A DNA stretch of 28,075 nucleotides, taken from the IMG/VR virus record IMGVR_UViG_2744054962_000004. The stretch is one strand, 5' to 3'. Of this stretch, positions 1-8,363 are shown piece after piece. Under the pieces are notes generated by a model. The model searched no databases, was not told the origin of the DNA, and worked only from the letters and a program-made list of their open reading frames with translations. Origin of the DNA: a virus. Lineage: Duplodnaviria; Heunggongvirae; Uroviricota; Caudoviricetes. Position 1 is the stretch's first letter. Every line of letters starts with the position of its first letter. The translations under genes were made by a program, and so were the position numbers.

Positions 1-1254
1 ATGCTGGAACAAATGGGCATTGCCGCGAAGCAAGCCTCTTATAAATTAGCGCAACTCTCCAGCCGCGAAAAAAATCGCGTGCTGGAAAAAATCGCCGATG
101 AACTGGAAGCACAAAGCGAAATCATCCTCAACGCTAACGCCCAGGATGTTGCTGACGCGCGTGCCAATGGCCTTAGCGAAGCGATGCTTGACCGTCTGGC
201 ACTGACGCCCGCACGGCTGAAAGGCATTGCCGACGATGTGCGCCAGGTGTGCAATCTCGCCGATCCGGTGGGGCGGGTAATCGATGGCGGCGTACTGGAC
301 AGTGGCCTGCGTCTGGAGCGTCGTCGCGTACCGCTGGGGGTTATTGGCGTGATTTATGAAGCGCGCCCGAACGTGACGGTTGATGTCGCTTCGCTGTGCC
401 TGAAAACAGGTAACGCAGTGATCCTGCGCGGCGGCAAAGAAACGTGTCGCACTAACGCGGCAACGGTGGCAGTGATTCAGGACGCCCTGAAATCCTGTGG
501 CTTACCGGCGGGTGCCGTGCAGGCGATTGATAATCCTGACCGTGCGCTGGTCAGTGAAATGCTGCGTATGGATAAATACATCGACATGCTGATCCCGCGC
601 GGCGGGGCTGGTTTGCATAAACTGTGCCGCGAACAGTCGACAATCCCGGTGATCACTGGTGGTATAGGCGTATGCCATATTTACGTTGATGAAAGCGCAG
701 AGATCGCTGAAGCATTAAAAGTGATCGTCAACGCGAAAACTCAGCGACCGAGCACATGTAATACGGTAGAAACCTTGCTGGTAAATAAAAACATCGCCGA
801 TAGCTTCCTGCCCGCATTAAGCAAGCAAATGGCGGAAAGCGGCGTGACGTTACACGCAGATGCTGCTGCGCTGGCGCAGTTGCAGACAGGCCCCGCGAAG
901 GTGGTGGCGGTTAAAGCCGAAGAGTATGACGATGAGTTTCTGTCATTAGATTTGAACGTCAAAATCGTCAGCGATCTTGACGATGCCATCGCCCATATTC
1001 GTGAACACGGCACGCAACACTCCGATGCGATCCTGACCCGCGATATGCGCAACGCCCAGCGTTTTGTTAACGAAGTGGATTCGTCCGCTGTTTACGTTAA
1101 CGCCTCTACGCGTTTTACCGACGGCGGCCAGTTTGGTCTGGGAGCGGAAGTGGCGGTAAGCACACAAAAACTCCACGCGCGTGGCCCGATGGGCCTGGAA
1201 GCACTGACCACTTACAAGTGGATCGGCATCGGTGATTACACCATTCGTGCGTAA
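1..1254 (+). CDS. proA: gamma-glutamyl phosphate reductase (glutamate-5-semialdehyde dehydrogenase)
   Basis: 417-aa ORF, ATG at 1 to TAA at 1252-1254. Translation is recognisable along its whole length as enterobacterial ProA, including the ...[13 protein letters not shown]... active-site cysteine region. Codon usage matches a high-expression core gene. Confidence 0.96.
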   Translation: MLEQMGIAAKQASYKLAQLSSREKNRVLEKIADELEAQSEIILNANAQDVADARANGLSEAMLDRLALTPARLKGIADDVRQVCNLADPVGRVIDGGVLDSGLRLERRRVPLGVIGVIYEARPNVTVDVASLCLKTGNAVILRGGKETCRTNAATVAVIQDALKSCGLPAGAVQAIDNPDRALVSEMLRMDKYIDMLIPRGGAGLHKLCREQSTIPVITGGIGVCHIYVDESAEIAEALKVIVNAKTQRPSTCNTVETLLVNKNIADSFLPALSKQMAESGVTLHADAAALAQLQTGPAKVVAVKAEEYDDEFLSLDLNVKIVSDLDDAIAHIREHGTQHSDAILTRDMRNAQRFVNEVDSSAVYVNASTRFTDGGQFGLGAEVAVSTQKLHARGPMGLEALTTYKWIGIGDYTIRA

Positions 1255-1368
1255 ATAAAACCGGGTGATGCAAAAGTAGCCATTTGATTCACAAGGCCAT
1301 TGACGCATCGCCCGGTTAGTTTTAACCTTGTCCACCGTGATTCACGTTCGTGAATATGTCCTTTCAGG

Positions 1369-1444
1369 GCCGATATAGCTCAGTTGGTAGAGCAGCGCAT
1401 TCGTAATGCGAAGGTCGTAGGTTCGACTCCTATTATCGGCACTC
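1369..1444 (+). tRNA. thrW: tRNA-Thr (anticodon CGU)
   Basis: 76-nt cloverleaf: GCCGATA acceptor stem, GCTCAGTTGGTAGAGC D-arm, anticodon loop TTCGTAA (anticodon CGT), GGTTCGACTCC T-arm, TATCGGC 3' acceptor strand. The last 3 nt read CTC instead of an encoded CCA (see findings). Confidence 0.92.
1409..1442 (+). repeat. left att core: 34-bp direct repeat within the 3' half of tRNA-Thr
   Basis: cgaaggtcgtaggttcgactcctattatcggcac is identical to 14987..15020; the copies diverge immediately outside. Confidence 0.85.
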
Positions 1445-2036
1445 ACACAACAAAATCCTTTAAAAACAATATCTTAATGCGATTATCGCTCTCAAGATAC
1501 AATCTTTTTTTAAGGGATTCTATGACCAACAGTTGCCGCTATGGTTAACAGTGGCTACTCAGGGATGTTAGCACGTAGCGGCCTGTAGTTGTAAAGCTCG
1601 AACAGGTACAAAGCGTGAACAGTCCCCACGAACCGCTATCAACTCGAAGCTGATGACGCTGCCAACGTCTCTAAATCCTCCCGAAACAGATTGATCATAC
1701 GCATTTAAGCCCGATGTGCGGCCTTGTGGCTGCGTAAACAGGTGAATAGTGGTAAACGTACCTGCACACGATATGCAGGCTCTGCCAGCGCTTCGCTCAC
1801 GCTCCTGACGGTACACGAGCACCCTGATAAGGTGTGATCCATCTGACAATCTGATGATGTCGCTACGCTCCGCTTGTTGCTTGTACCACTAACGGGGCTT
1901 TATGGCTTCTATTGACTTAAATTAGATAGTTGCAAGGAAATAAACTAAAGATAATTTAAGTGTTGAGCGGTTTACTCGTATTGCTTGAGGGCAGTATCAT
2001 TACAACATTAATGGGATTTTTAAGGGACTGATGTGA

Positions 2037-2672
2037 ATGGCTGAGTATTATCCAGCGGTGTTTGAAGCAGAGGCTTTTAACTGTCCTCACTGTGGTGTTT
2101 ATGCCCGACAATTCTGGCGTAGGATGTATGGCTCTTCAAATGCGCTCCCTTCAAGAGGATCTGAGTTCCGAATGTCATCGTGCGCTCATTGTGATGAAGA
2201 CGCTTTTTGGTATCAGGGCAACATGTTGATCCCTGCGACTGGCAATGTTGAACTCCCAAATCCAGATATGCCCGATGACTGTAAGTCCGACTACATGGAA
2301 GCCAGAAGCATCATTAATCTGTCTCCTAAAGGGGCCGCTGCACTACTTCGTCTATGCCTTCAGAAGTTAATGGTCCACTTAGGCGAACCGGGGAATAACA
2401 TTAACGCTGACATCCGGTCACTCGTTCAGAAAGGACTACCTGTACGTATCCAGCAGGCAGCAGACATCTGCCGTATTGTCGGCAATCAGGCGGTCCATCC
2501 CGGAGAAATTAGCCTTGATGATGACCCGCAGTTGGCACATGGTCTCTTTAAGCTGCTGAACATTATTGTCACTGAGCAGATTACCAGACCCAAAGAGGTT
2601 GAAGAGATGTTCAATAGTATGCCTGAAAGGGCGTTGAAGGGTATTGAAAACAGAGATAAACCTAAAACTTAA
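2037..2672 (+). CDS. zinc-ribbon / DUF4145-like protein (candidate defence-associated cargo)
   Basis: 211-aa ORF with ATG start. N-terminal CPHCG...CAHC pair (CxxC-x-CxxC zinc ribbon). C-terminal region ...[37 protein letters not shown]... resembles the R-x-GN-x-aaH signature I associate with DUF4145. First gene inside the island. Confidence 0.55.
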   Translation: MAEYYPAVFEAEAFNCPHCGVYARQFWRRMYGSSNALPSRGSEFRMSSCAHCDEDAFWYQGNMLIPATGNVELPNPDMPDDCKSDYMEARSIINLSPKGAAALLRLCLQKLMVHLGEPGNNINADIRSLVQKGLPVRIQQAADICRIVGNQAVHPGEISLDDDPQLAHGLFKLLNIIVTEQITRPKEVEEMFNSMPERALKGIENRDKPKT

Positions 2673-2676
2673 AATG

Positions 2677-2692
2677 AGGGGCTTAAGCCCCT
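2677..2692. terminator. perfect 16-bp palindrome between convergent genes (bidirectional terminator candidate)
   Basis: AGGGGCTTAAGCCCCT lies in the 25-bp gap between the stop at 2670-2672 (plus-strand gene) and the stop at 2698-2700 (minus-strand gene); flanked by A/T-rich sequence. Confidence 0.5.
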
Positions 2693-2697
2693 TTAGC

Positions 2698-3486
2698 TTA
2701 TTCAGAAAACCAAATTTCTGGCCTTCTAAACTCCTTATTCTCAATAAAAAACAGAATATCTTTCCAGACTTCTTCATTTTCTTCCCAGAATTTTTGTTTT
2801 TCATTCATTGTAAGGACTTTACTATCATCTATTAACTTCTTGAGAATAGCAGGGATATCTTTATAGGGTTTTTTCCAGAAGGCATTACGAAATTCTTCAA
2901 TTTCAGCACTTGCATCCCGAACGGGTGTTAGAAGTTCAAGCTGTTTTTCTGTATCGGTAATAGGTTTATTTCCAACCCACTGATGATAGATTTGGCTAGC
3001 TTCTTCATGATGACCCCGAAGAATTGTTATTATTGTCTTTGAGAGTAACGAGCACATGTCAAAAGTAGTAAAGTAAAACCAATCGTGTTTGATTGCGGTT
3101 AATTCATCTTTCTTAACCCCTATTTGTTCAAGTTCACTCGAAATTGAAGATACTAATTTATAAAGATCTTTGTTTGATGTTGCTGTATCTAGGCGTCCGG
3201 TTCTGGAGGCTAATGAAATAGCTACTTCAGAAATAGGTAAGGAAACTTTTCTTAAACTCTCTAAAACTTTTTCAGCATCGTTAATAGTATCTCTTAATTT
3301 TGCCTCCATGCCTAAGAGCTTTATTTCATGCCATTCAAATTGAGTAAGCACCATCAACCCGAAGCCTGTTACAATGACAACAGTCCCTTCAGTTGCTCCT
3401 ATTGTCAGAGTTACAATTACACCAGCGCCTATAAGTAGCAATGCAATGAAAAACAAAAAATTCTTTATCCATTTATTTTTTAGCAT
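2698..3486 (-). CDS. membrane protein with two N-terminal TM helices and a ~200-aa soluble domain, function unknown
   Basis: 262-aa ORF with ATG start. Residues ~10-30 (FLFFIALLLIGAGVIVTLTI) and ~36-50 (VVIVTGFGLMVLTQF) are strongly hydrophobic. Markedly AT-rich compared with the proA-like core, suggesting foreign origin. Confidence 0.6.
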   Translation of the reverse strand: MLKNKWIKNFLFFIALLLIGAGVIVTLTIGATEGTVVIVTGFGLMVLTQFEWHEIKLLGMEAKLRDTINDAEKVLESLRKVSLPISEVAISLASRTGRLDTATSNKDLYKLVSSISSELEQIGVKKDELTAIKHDWFYFTTFDMCSLLSKTIITILRGHHEEASQIYHQWVGNKPITDTEKQLELLTPVRDASAEIEEFRNAFWKKPYKDIPAILKKLIDDSKVLTMNEKQKFWEENEEVWKDILFFIENKEFRRPEIWFSE

Positions 3487-3539
3487 ATCACTGTCACCAT
3501 TACGATTAAATTTGATCCAATATGAAGTAAAGTAAGTAA

Positions 3540-3749
3540 CTATTTTTCGTTCTCTGATGCCTCAAACGTCTTGGAGTGAGGGCAGGACTGTGAGCGCGTC
3601 ACCAGCGTGAACAGATAAATGTTGCTTTCGTAAGTGCAAAGCCGTTTTCCGCCCTGTAACTCTTGTTCGTCGGGGTTGCTCATGGTGATTTTTCCTGCAT
3701 GAGCCGCCAGCGGCAGCAGTGCCACAACAAATAGTAAAATTTTCTTCAT
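3540..3749 (-). CDS. small secreted protein (signal peptide MKKILLFVVALLPLAAHA), function unknown
   Basis: The track ORF 3540..3755 begins at GTG; the in-frame ATG at 3749 gives MKKILLF... with a classic signal peptide and an AHA-G cleavage context. Mature part ~50 aa with two Cys. Confidence 0.45.
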   Translation of the reverse strand: MKKILLFVVALLPLAAHAGKITMSNPDEQELQGGKRLCTYESNIYLFTLVTRSQSCPHSKTFEASENEK

Positions 3750-4729
3750 TTCCACAACCTGCCCTGTAGGTGTCCCGGCTCTTTATCCTCCAAGTTTACA
3801 TTCTCCTGTTGAAAATATCCCCGGCTCTGTTGGTGATCTGCTAGACCGTCAGCCCAGACCCTCGGTGAAAAGCGCTTTTCTTCGCCAAATATCGCTACGT
3901 GATGCCTTCAGCGACACGCCTCACTGCAACAAGCAGTGCAGTTACACAATGCTGCTTTGGGCTGAGGCAAGGGAGATAACTTGATGTTTTGAAGTGCCTC
4001 TGTTCACTAATTGTACAGTCATTTAACATATTGTATCTTGCATGTACTTGACTGGAATGGTCAGGTATTGCTTTTCGGAGCGTTGATGCGAAGCGGGGTA
4101 CACAACAGCGATTTCACCAACAGAAGGAAAGCATTCAGGAGGATTCGAGGTGAGTTCTCTTGTTCAAGGATTTTGGATGAGTTTGCCTGGTCATCAGACA
4201 ATTTCAGGTTTCAGGCCTTTGAAGCTGCCAGCGTGTCAAACCTGCTGAAAGTACAATTTCCTATTTGCCAGCAGAAAAAGAGCTACTACGGCGACGTTAC
4301 CACAACGGGTTGAAGGTCTGCCATCACCTGGTGATATTCACCGAGCCAGGCCGCCACTGTTTCGTACCATTTCCCACAACAATGTAAACAGCCACATCAA
4401 TAGCCCAGCATACGCTCTCAGCGCTGCTCTACGGCGTTATCTCCACACAATCGTGAACTGACAACGCCATGATCCACGACTTCCCATAGCGCGATAGAGG
4501 AGCCTCCAGAGGGGGGTGGTTTTGGTTTTTTGTATGATGTTTTATTTTTTATGGAAAAATGGTTCAGATAGGTGGTTGTGTTTAGCCTCATATCCACCAA
4601 CATATTTAACGCACCCAGCACTGGCGCGGCTTCGTTGTGTAGATCACGACATAACAATCACTACATCCCACAGGCGAGCCAGTGACAACAGACAGGATTT
4701 TCTATCAATTAACAGGTATTAAAGCTCTA

Positions 4730-5101
4730 TTATTTCCCGCCGAAAATCCAACCGATGATGGCACCGATTACCGCAGAGCGGGTCTCACCTGCTGCTCCTT
4801 TGAGAATGTTAATAACTGCATCGCCTGCACCAGGTGCCTGCTGTTGAAGTAAATTCAAACCACGAGGTGTTAACTTGGCGGCGGTGTCCATGTCGGTTGA
4901 AGAGATTATCTCCGTGTAACCCATATCGCTGAGAGCCTGGAGTGTGTTGCACAGCAGGTCAATCTGAGTTCTGTCTCCTCTGGGCTTCCAGCCGAAGTCT
5001 GAAAAATCGAAAGATGAGTAAGCCGGATAGTCCGCAAACAGTTTCACCAGGATTCCAGTTGCCATCTCGTTAAAGCTGTCTTTGCCTTGGACGAATTCCA
5101 T
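4730..5101 (-). CDS. hypothetical protein with a C-terminal glycine-zipper hydrophobic tail
   Basis: 123-aa ORF with ATG start and a good SD (aaggaaa). C-terminus ...GETRSAVIGAIIGWIFGGK is a GxxxG-type amphipathic/TM-like tail. Transcribed divergently from the control region at 5102..5851. Confidence 0.5.
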   Translation of the reverse strand: MEFVQGKDSFNEMATGILVKLFADYPAYSSFDFSDFGWKPRGDRTQIDLLCNTLQALSDMGYTEIISSTDMDTAAKLTPRGLNLLQQQAPGAGDAVINILKGAAGETRSAVIGAIIGWIFGGK

Positions 5102-5129
5102 AATGTTTCCTTTTGTTCACTGATTGAAC

Positions 5130-5300
5130 GAGGTTACTCAGTTACGGCAGGAAGTACCAGTCAGAAGTCATCGGTAACGAATACATATGAAAAGAAGTTT
5201 TCATCGGTAATGGTTACAGATGGGTCATCAGTAACGGTTACGCACCAATAAGATCAATATATTAAGATCAAATAAAAACCATTAAGATCTTTAAAACCTT
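5130..5300. repeat. iteron/operator-like direct repeats in the divergent control region of island 1
   Basis: TCATC(G/A)GTAA(C/T)GG occurs at ~5168, ~5201 and ~5225, with a related GGTTAC motif nearby. A(A/T)TAAGATC occurs at ~5247, ~5261 and ~5281. Confidence 0.5.
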
Positions 5301-5684
5301 AAGGTCAAAGGCAGGGTGAACTGGTGTTCACTAGTTGGTGTTAAGGAGTGATGCTTCTGTATCGCTCTGCTCTGAATGGCTCTGCCACTTCAGATATGTG
5401 TGGAAGACAAGCCGCGAGGCGCGTCAGTCAAATGTGGATCGAGCACGGCGCAGAGGAGCTTTAAACGCGACGTAACTCCCCCCTTGGAGGGGCGGCGGTC
5501 CCCCCTCAATCTCGCAAGGCGATAACGGCCCTCTGATTCTGTGGCGATGCCATGAGGCACAGCGGTCCTGTAACGCTCCCTGTCGCGTTCAGAGCGTCTT
5601 TCTCCTGTTGCTGGTATTTGTACCGCTTCGCTTAGGGCGTTGAATCTTAAGCGTCTGAGAGCGTTTTGTGATAAAGGGATTGAC

Positions 5685-5800
5685 AAAGAAAAGGTATATG
5701 TATAAAGTTGCGGGGTATTGACATAAAACACTTCCATTTCTTTATTCTTTAAGTGAGAAATCGGTTGACAAAGAAACTAATTTATAATAAACTATATATT
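5685..5800 (+). promoter_or_regulatory. promoter region for the 5852.. operon with duplicated TTGACAAAGAAA boxes
   Basis: TTGACA at 5690-5695 and 5765-5770, both followed by AAGAAA, plus a third TTGACA at ~5720; A/T-rich -10 candidates follow each. Exact -10 and start site not resolved. Confidence 0.4.
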
Positions 5801-5851
5801 ATCAACTGAGATGATTTTATGAATAAACAATAACTTAAATAGGAGAGATGC

Positions 5852-6280
5852 ATGGGGAAACCTGTTCTGTTCGATTTCTCGAACGCCACTGCCTCAGAGA
5901 TTGTCGCTGCAATCGATGCAAAAATTACCACAGCTCAAAATCTGCACGCCTTCCGCACTCGTATGGGCGGTGCCAAGAAGGCCGATAAGCTCTATCCAGC
6001 TACTCGCGAAGCACTGAACATCATTAAACGCCTGCGTCAGCAAGCGAAAGACGCAAAAATCATCCGGGATATTCTTAAACCATACTCAGCAGAGTTGGCA
6101 AAAGGCCGTGATGTTATGGAAATCATTGAACCAGTACTCTCTGCCTGGCGTGTCTATTACGCTTCTCATGGCATCGGCTTGATGAATGAACAGATCCTTC
6201 TGCTTAAGATGATTGAGTCTGGCGGTGAACTCGAAGGCATTACCGGAAAACCCATTCCAGAACTGACCACAACCGAATAA
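5852..6280 (+). CDS. hypothetical protein, first gene of the island 1 rightward operon
   Basis: 142-aa ORF with ATG start and SD AGGAGA 5 nt upstream; no recognisable motif. Confidence 0.55.
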   Translation: MGKPVLFDFSNATASEIVAAIDAKITTAQNLHAFRTRMGGAKKADKLYPATREALNIIKRLRQQAKDAKIIRDILKPYSAELAKGRDVMEIIEPVLSAWRVYYASHGIGLMNEQILLLKMIESGGELEGITGKPIPELTTTE

Positions 6281-6409
6281 CCATTCTCTGCTTTACACCG
6301 TTGGCAGCAACGCCACCAAACGAAATCGCCGCAAACACGGCTTCTTACTCCTGATCGCCATCCGCGATAGCAGGAGCGATAACTATTATGCATTCGGGGG
6401 GAACTTGAT

Positions 6410-6601
6410 ATGAATTTGAAGATTCAACAGCACGTATACGCCGGACTTTTAGAAGAAGCGAAGCGCCGGGGAACAACTGTTCCAAACCTTGCACGCGAAG
6501 TGCTAGAAATCGCCGCCCATCTTTTTGATAACGGTGAACCTTTACCCGCCTTGGGGAATATTAATGGAGATAATAATGAACAAAAGAGCGTCGCAAAATA
6601 A
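6410..6601 (+). CDS. small hypothetical protein (63 aa), possibly DNA-binding
   Basis: ATG start, weak SD. Its 3' end overlaps the start of the next gene. Function not recognisable. Confidence 0.4.
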   Translation: MNLKIQQHVYAGLLEEAKRRGTTVPNLAREVLEIAAHLFDNGEPLPALGNINGDNNEQKSVAK

Positions 6602-7376
6602 ACCAGAACTATGGATTGAAGAAGATCGCCGCCTTTTCTATGCAGATGCAATCACAATTAAGTCCACTGGTGAATGTTTCAAAGTCGAGGATAAACTTGC
6701 AAAGATCCATACCTATATGGTGGATCAATACAACAGCTACCAGGCTGATGGTAAGAGTTTCTACGAAGATCAGCGCGATATCGCGACTAAATGTAAATGC
6801 ACACCAAAAACTCTTGGCAAGTGGCTGAAAGTTCTTCAAGCACTTGGTCTACTTATCATTGATGAGAGCCAGAAGAGCCACTCTTACACGGTGCGGTCAG
6901 TAGTCAGCCAGGAACACAACTTGATTTTCAGCTATCCGAAATTGTTGAACGGCAAGCCGTCATACGACCATGAAGAGACGCTTAAACGCCTTTATGCATC
7001 TCAGGGACGTAGGAACGTAAAAAATCATCAGCCAAAAACCGAAGAGAGCGGTAAGAGTGAGCAGAAACGTGATGTGGAATCTTTCATGGTGGGATCTGCC
7101 GCGCCTGCTGCTGGAAAACCAGACGGCATACCTGCTGTGGATATTCCTGTCGATGTTGATTTATCCGGTAGTGATGATCCATCACTGAGTGATTCAAATG
7201 GGAGAAATGTCGTTGAGTTCCCGCGAAATTGTAGACCCAAACCCAGTTTTAAATTTGTAGCCCCAGATGATGACGACCACGAGGAAATCCATCAGGAGCA
7301 GGAAACCTTTATTGAGCCAGATGTTTGCCACGAACCAACGCCGGAAGAAATTGACGCTGCGGTAGCTCTTATGTGA
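6576..7376 (+). CDS. putative replication initiator / winged-helix DNA-binding protein with acidic C-terminal tail
   Basis: The track ORF begins at TTG 6525; the in-frame ATG at 6576 has SD GGAGA 5 nt upstream. Segment ...FYEDQRDIATKCKCTPKTLGKWLKVLQALGLLIIDESQKSHSYTV... is a helix-turn-helix plus wing pattern. C-terminus is strongly acidic (DDDDHEEIHQEQE...). Island 2 has a protein of the same architecture at 19503..20072. Confidence 0.55.
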   Translation: MNKRASQNKPELWIEEDRRLFYADAITIKSTGECFKVEDKLAKIHTYMVDQYNSYQADGKSFYEDQRDIATKCKCTPKTLGKWLKVLQALGLLIIDESQKSHSYTVRSVVSQEHNLIFSYPKLLNGKPSYDHEETLKRLYASQGRRNVKNHQPKTEESGKSEQKRDVESFMVGSAAPAAGKPDGIPAVDIPVDVDLSGSDDPSLSDSNGRNVVEFPRNCRPKPSFKFVAPDDDDHEEIHQEQETFIEPDVCHEPTPEEIDAAVALM

Positions 7377-7388
7377 TGGAGGAATGAA

Positions 7389-7865
7389 TTGTGTGAACAC
7401 GTAAGCGGTGTACTGACCGCAGATGAAGAACAAAAGCTATCTCGCCTTTTCTCCGTCTTGGAGAATCCGACATATAAATCCCGGTCCAAACCATCCGACT
7501 TGGAAACACAACGTAAAGCCCGTTTGCTATTGAATCGTGGGTTTTCACTGCAAATTGTCGCAAATACACTAGATCTTCCGTTTGCTGAAGTCTGGCGGCT
7601 CGCACGTCAAAAACAAGCGGTGACCTGGGCGATGATGACACCGACAGCCCGGACAGAATTTGTCCGTGAAATGTGGTCACATCGGATGCACCCGGAACAG
7701 ATCCGCAAGCGTTGCGATGGTCTGTCATACGTAAGCCTTCGATATTACCTGCATAACGCCGGGATCACTGACGCTGAAATGTTGGGTTACTACCCAGACG
7801 TGTTCGCGAATATCTGCAAGTTGCCGACAGTGAAGAAGAAGCGCACTAAGCGTAAATCCAAATAA
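7389..7865 (+). CDS. hypothetical protein with basic C-terminal tail (possible DNA-binding / small-terminase-like)
   Basis: 158-aa ORF starting at TTG 7389 with strong SD GGAGGA 5 nt upstream (no in-frame ATG near the 5' end). C-terminus KKKRTKRKSK. Confidence 0.45.
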   Translation: MCEHVSGVLTADEEQKLSRLFSVLENPTYKSRSKPSDLETQRKARLLLNRGFSLQIVANTLDLPFAEVWRLARQKQAVTWAMMTPTARTEFVREMWSHRMHPEQIRKRCDGLSYVSLRYYLHNAGITDAEMLGYYPDVFANICKLPTVKKKRTKRKSK

Positions 7866-8030
7866 TCCCACATCGGGAGCCAATGAACTTTGAAGCAATC
7901 TTTTCTTACCTGCCCGTTGTCTGGCTGGCGTATCGCTGCGTCTATGATGGGCTGATCCTCTTGCTGCGAAGCAGTGACGTTGCCCGTCATCGCCTTGCGA
8001 CAAATATCCTACTTTGGAGACTCCATAAAA

Positions 8031-8363
8031 ATGAAAAACGTAAACGACATCCGCGCCGATATTCTCGCCGCAATGCAGGCCGCTGCCGAACCGGAGAGCG
8101 GAGATCTGAATAAAAGCGCCGAGCAGGTGTTGGCTGATGCCATCGAGGGATATCTGACCGCTTCGACTGCAACAGCCAGCAAATCAGCCCCGAAAGCAAA
8201 GACCATAAAGGAAAAAGGGATCGCTCTGTGCCACCAGGCCCAAGGTTATAGCGCTAATCTGCGTCCGGTAAGTCTCATGATGAAGGCAAGTCTTGATGAG
8301 CTAACACCTGAACAACGCGCCGCGCTTGAGCGTCTGGGTTACGATATCAATCAGGGGGTGTGA
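8031..8363 (+). CDS. hypothetical protein (110 aa)
   Basis: In-frame ATG at 8031 inside the GTG-initiated track ORF 7974..8363. Stop TGA 8361-8363 overlaps the start of the next gene (TGATG), suggesting translational coupling. Confidence 0.45.
   Translation: MKNVNDIRADILAAMQAAAEPESGDLNKSAEQVLADAIEGYLTASTATASKSAPKAKTIKEKGIALCHQAQGYSANLRPVSLMMKASLDELTPEQRAALERLGYDINQGV

Noticed and set aside
1259-1323. Inverted repeat ACCGGGTGATGC ... GCATCGCCCGGT after proA as an intrinsic terminator
   Set aside because: The 12-bp stem encloses a 33-nt loop and is followed by only a short T-run; it may contribute to termination or thrW promoter architecture, but I could not support a confident terminator call.
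39-1335. Minus-strand ORFs 39..254, 741..1052 and 946..1335 overlapping proA
   Set aside because: They lie antisense within a confidently identified conserved gene and have odd composition (Ser/Arg/Cys-rich); typical shadow ORFs of a GC-rich coding region.
1568-1849. ORF 1568..1849 (minus strand), plus ORFs 15081..15395 (minus) and 15169..15444 (plus) in the equivalent region of island 2
   Set aside because: They fall in the att-proximal blocks that are conserved at nucleotide level between the islands, but the reading frames are not conserved; no SD and improbable composition. Treated as non-coding (arm sites or RNA) instead.
5390-5737. ORF 5390..5737 (minus strand), 115 aa
   Set aside because: Arg/Ser-rich low-complexity translation across a GC-rich segment of the control region, overlapping promoter-like boxes; more likely a structured or regulatory region.
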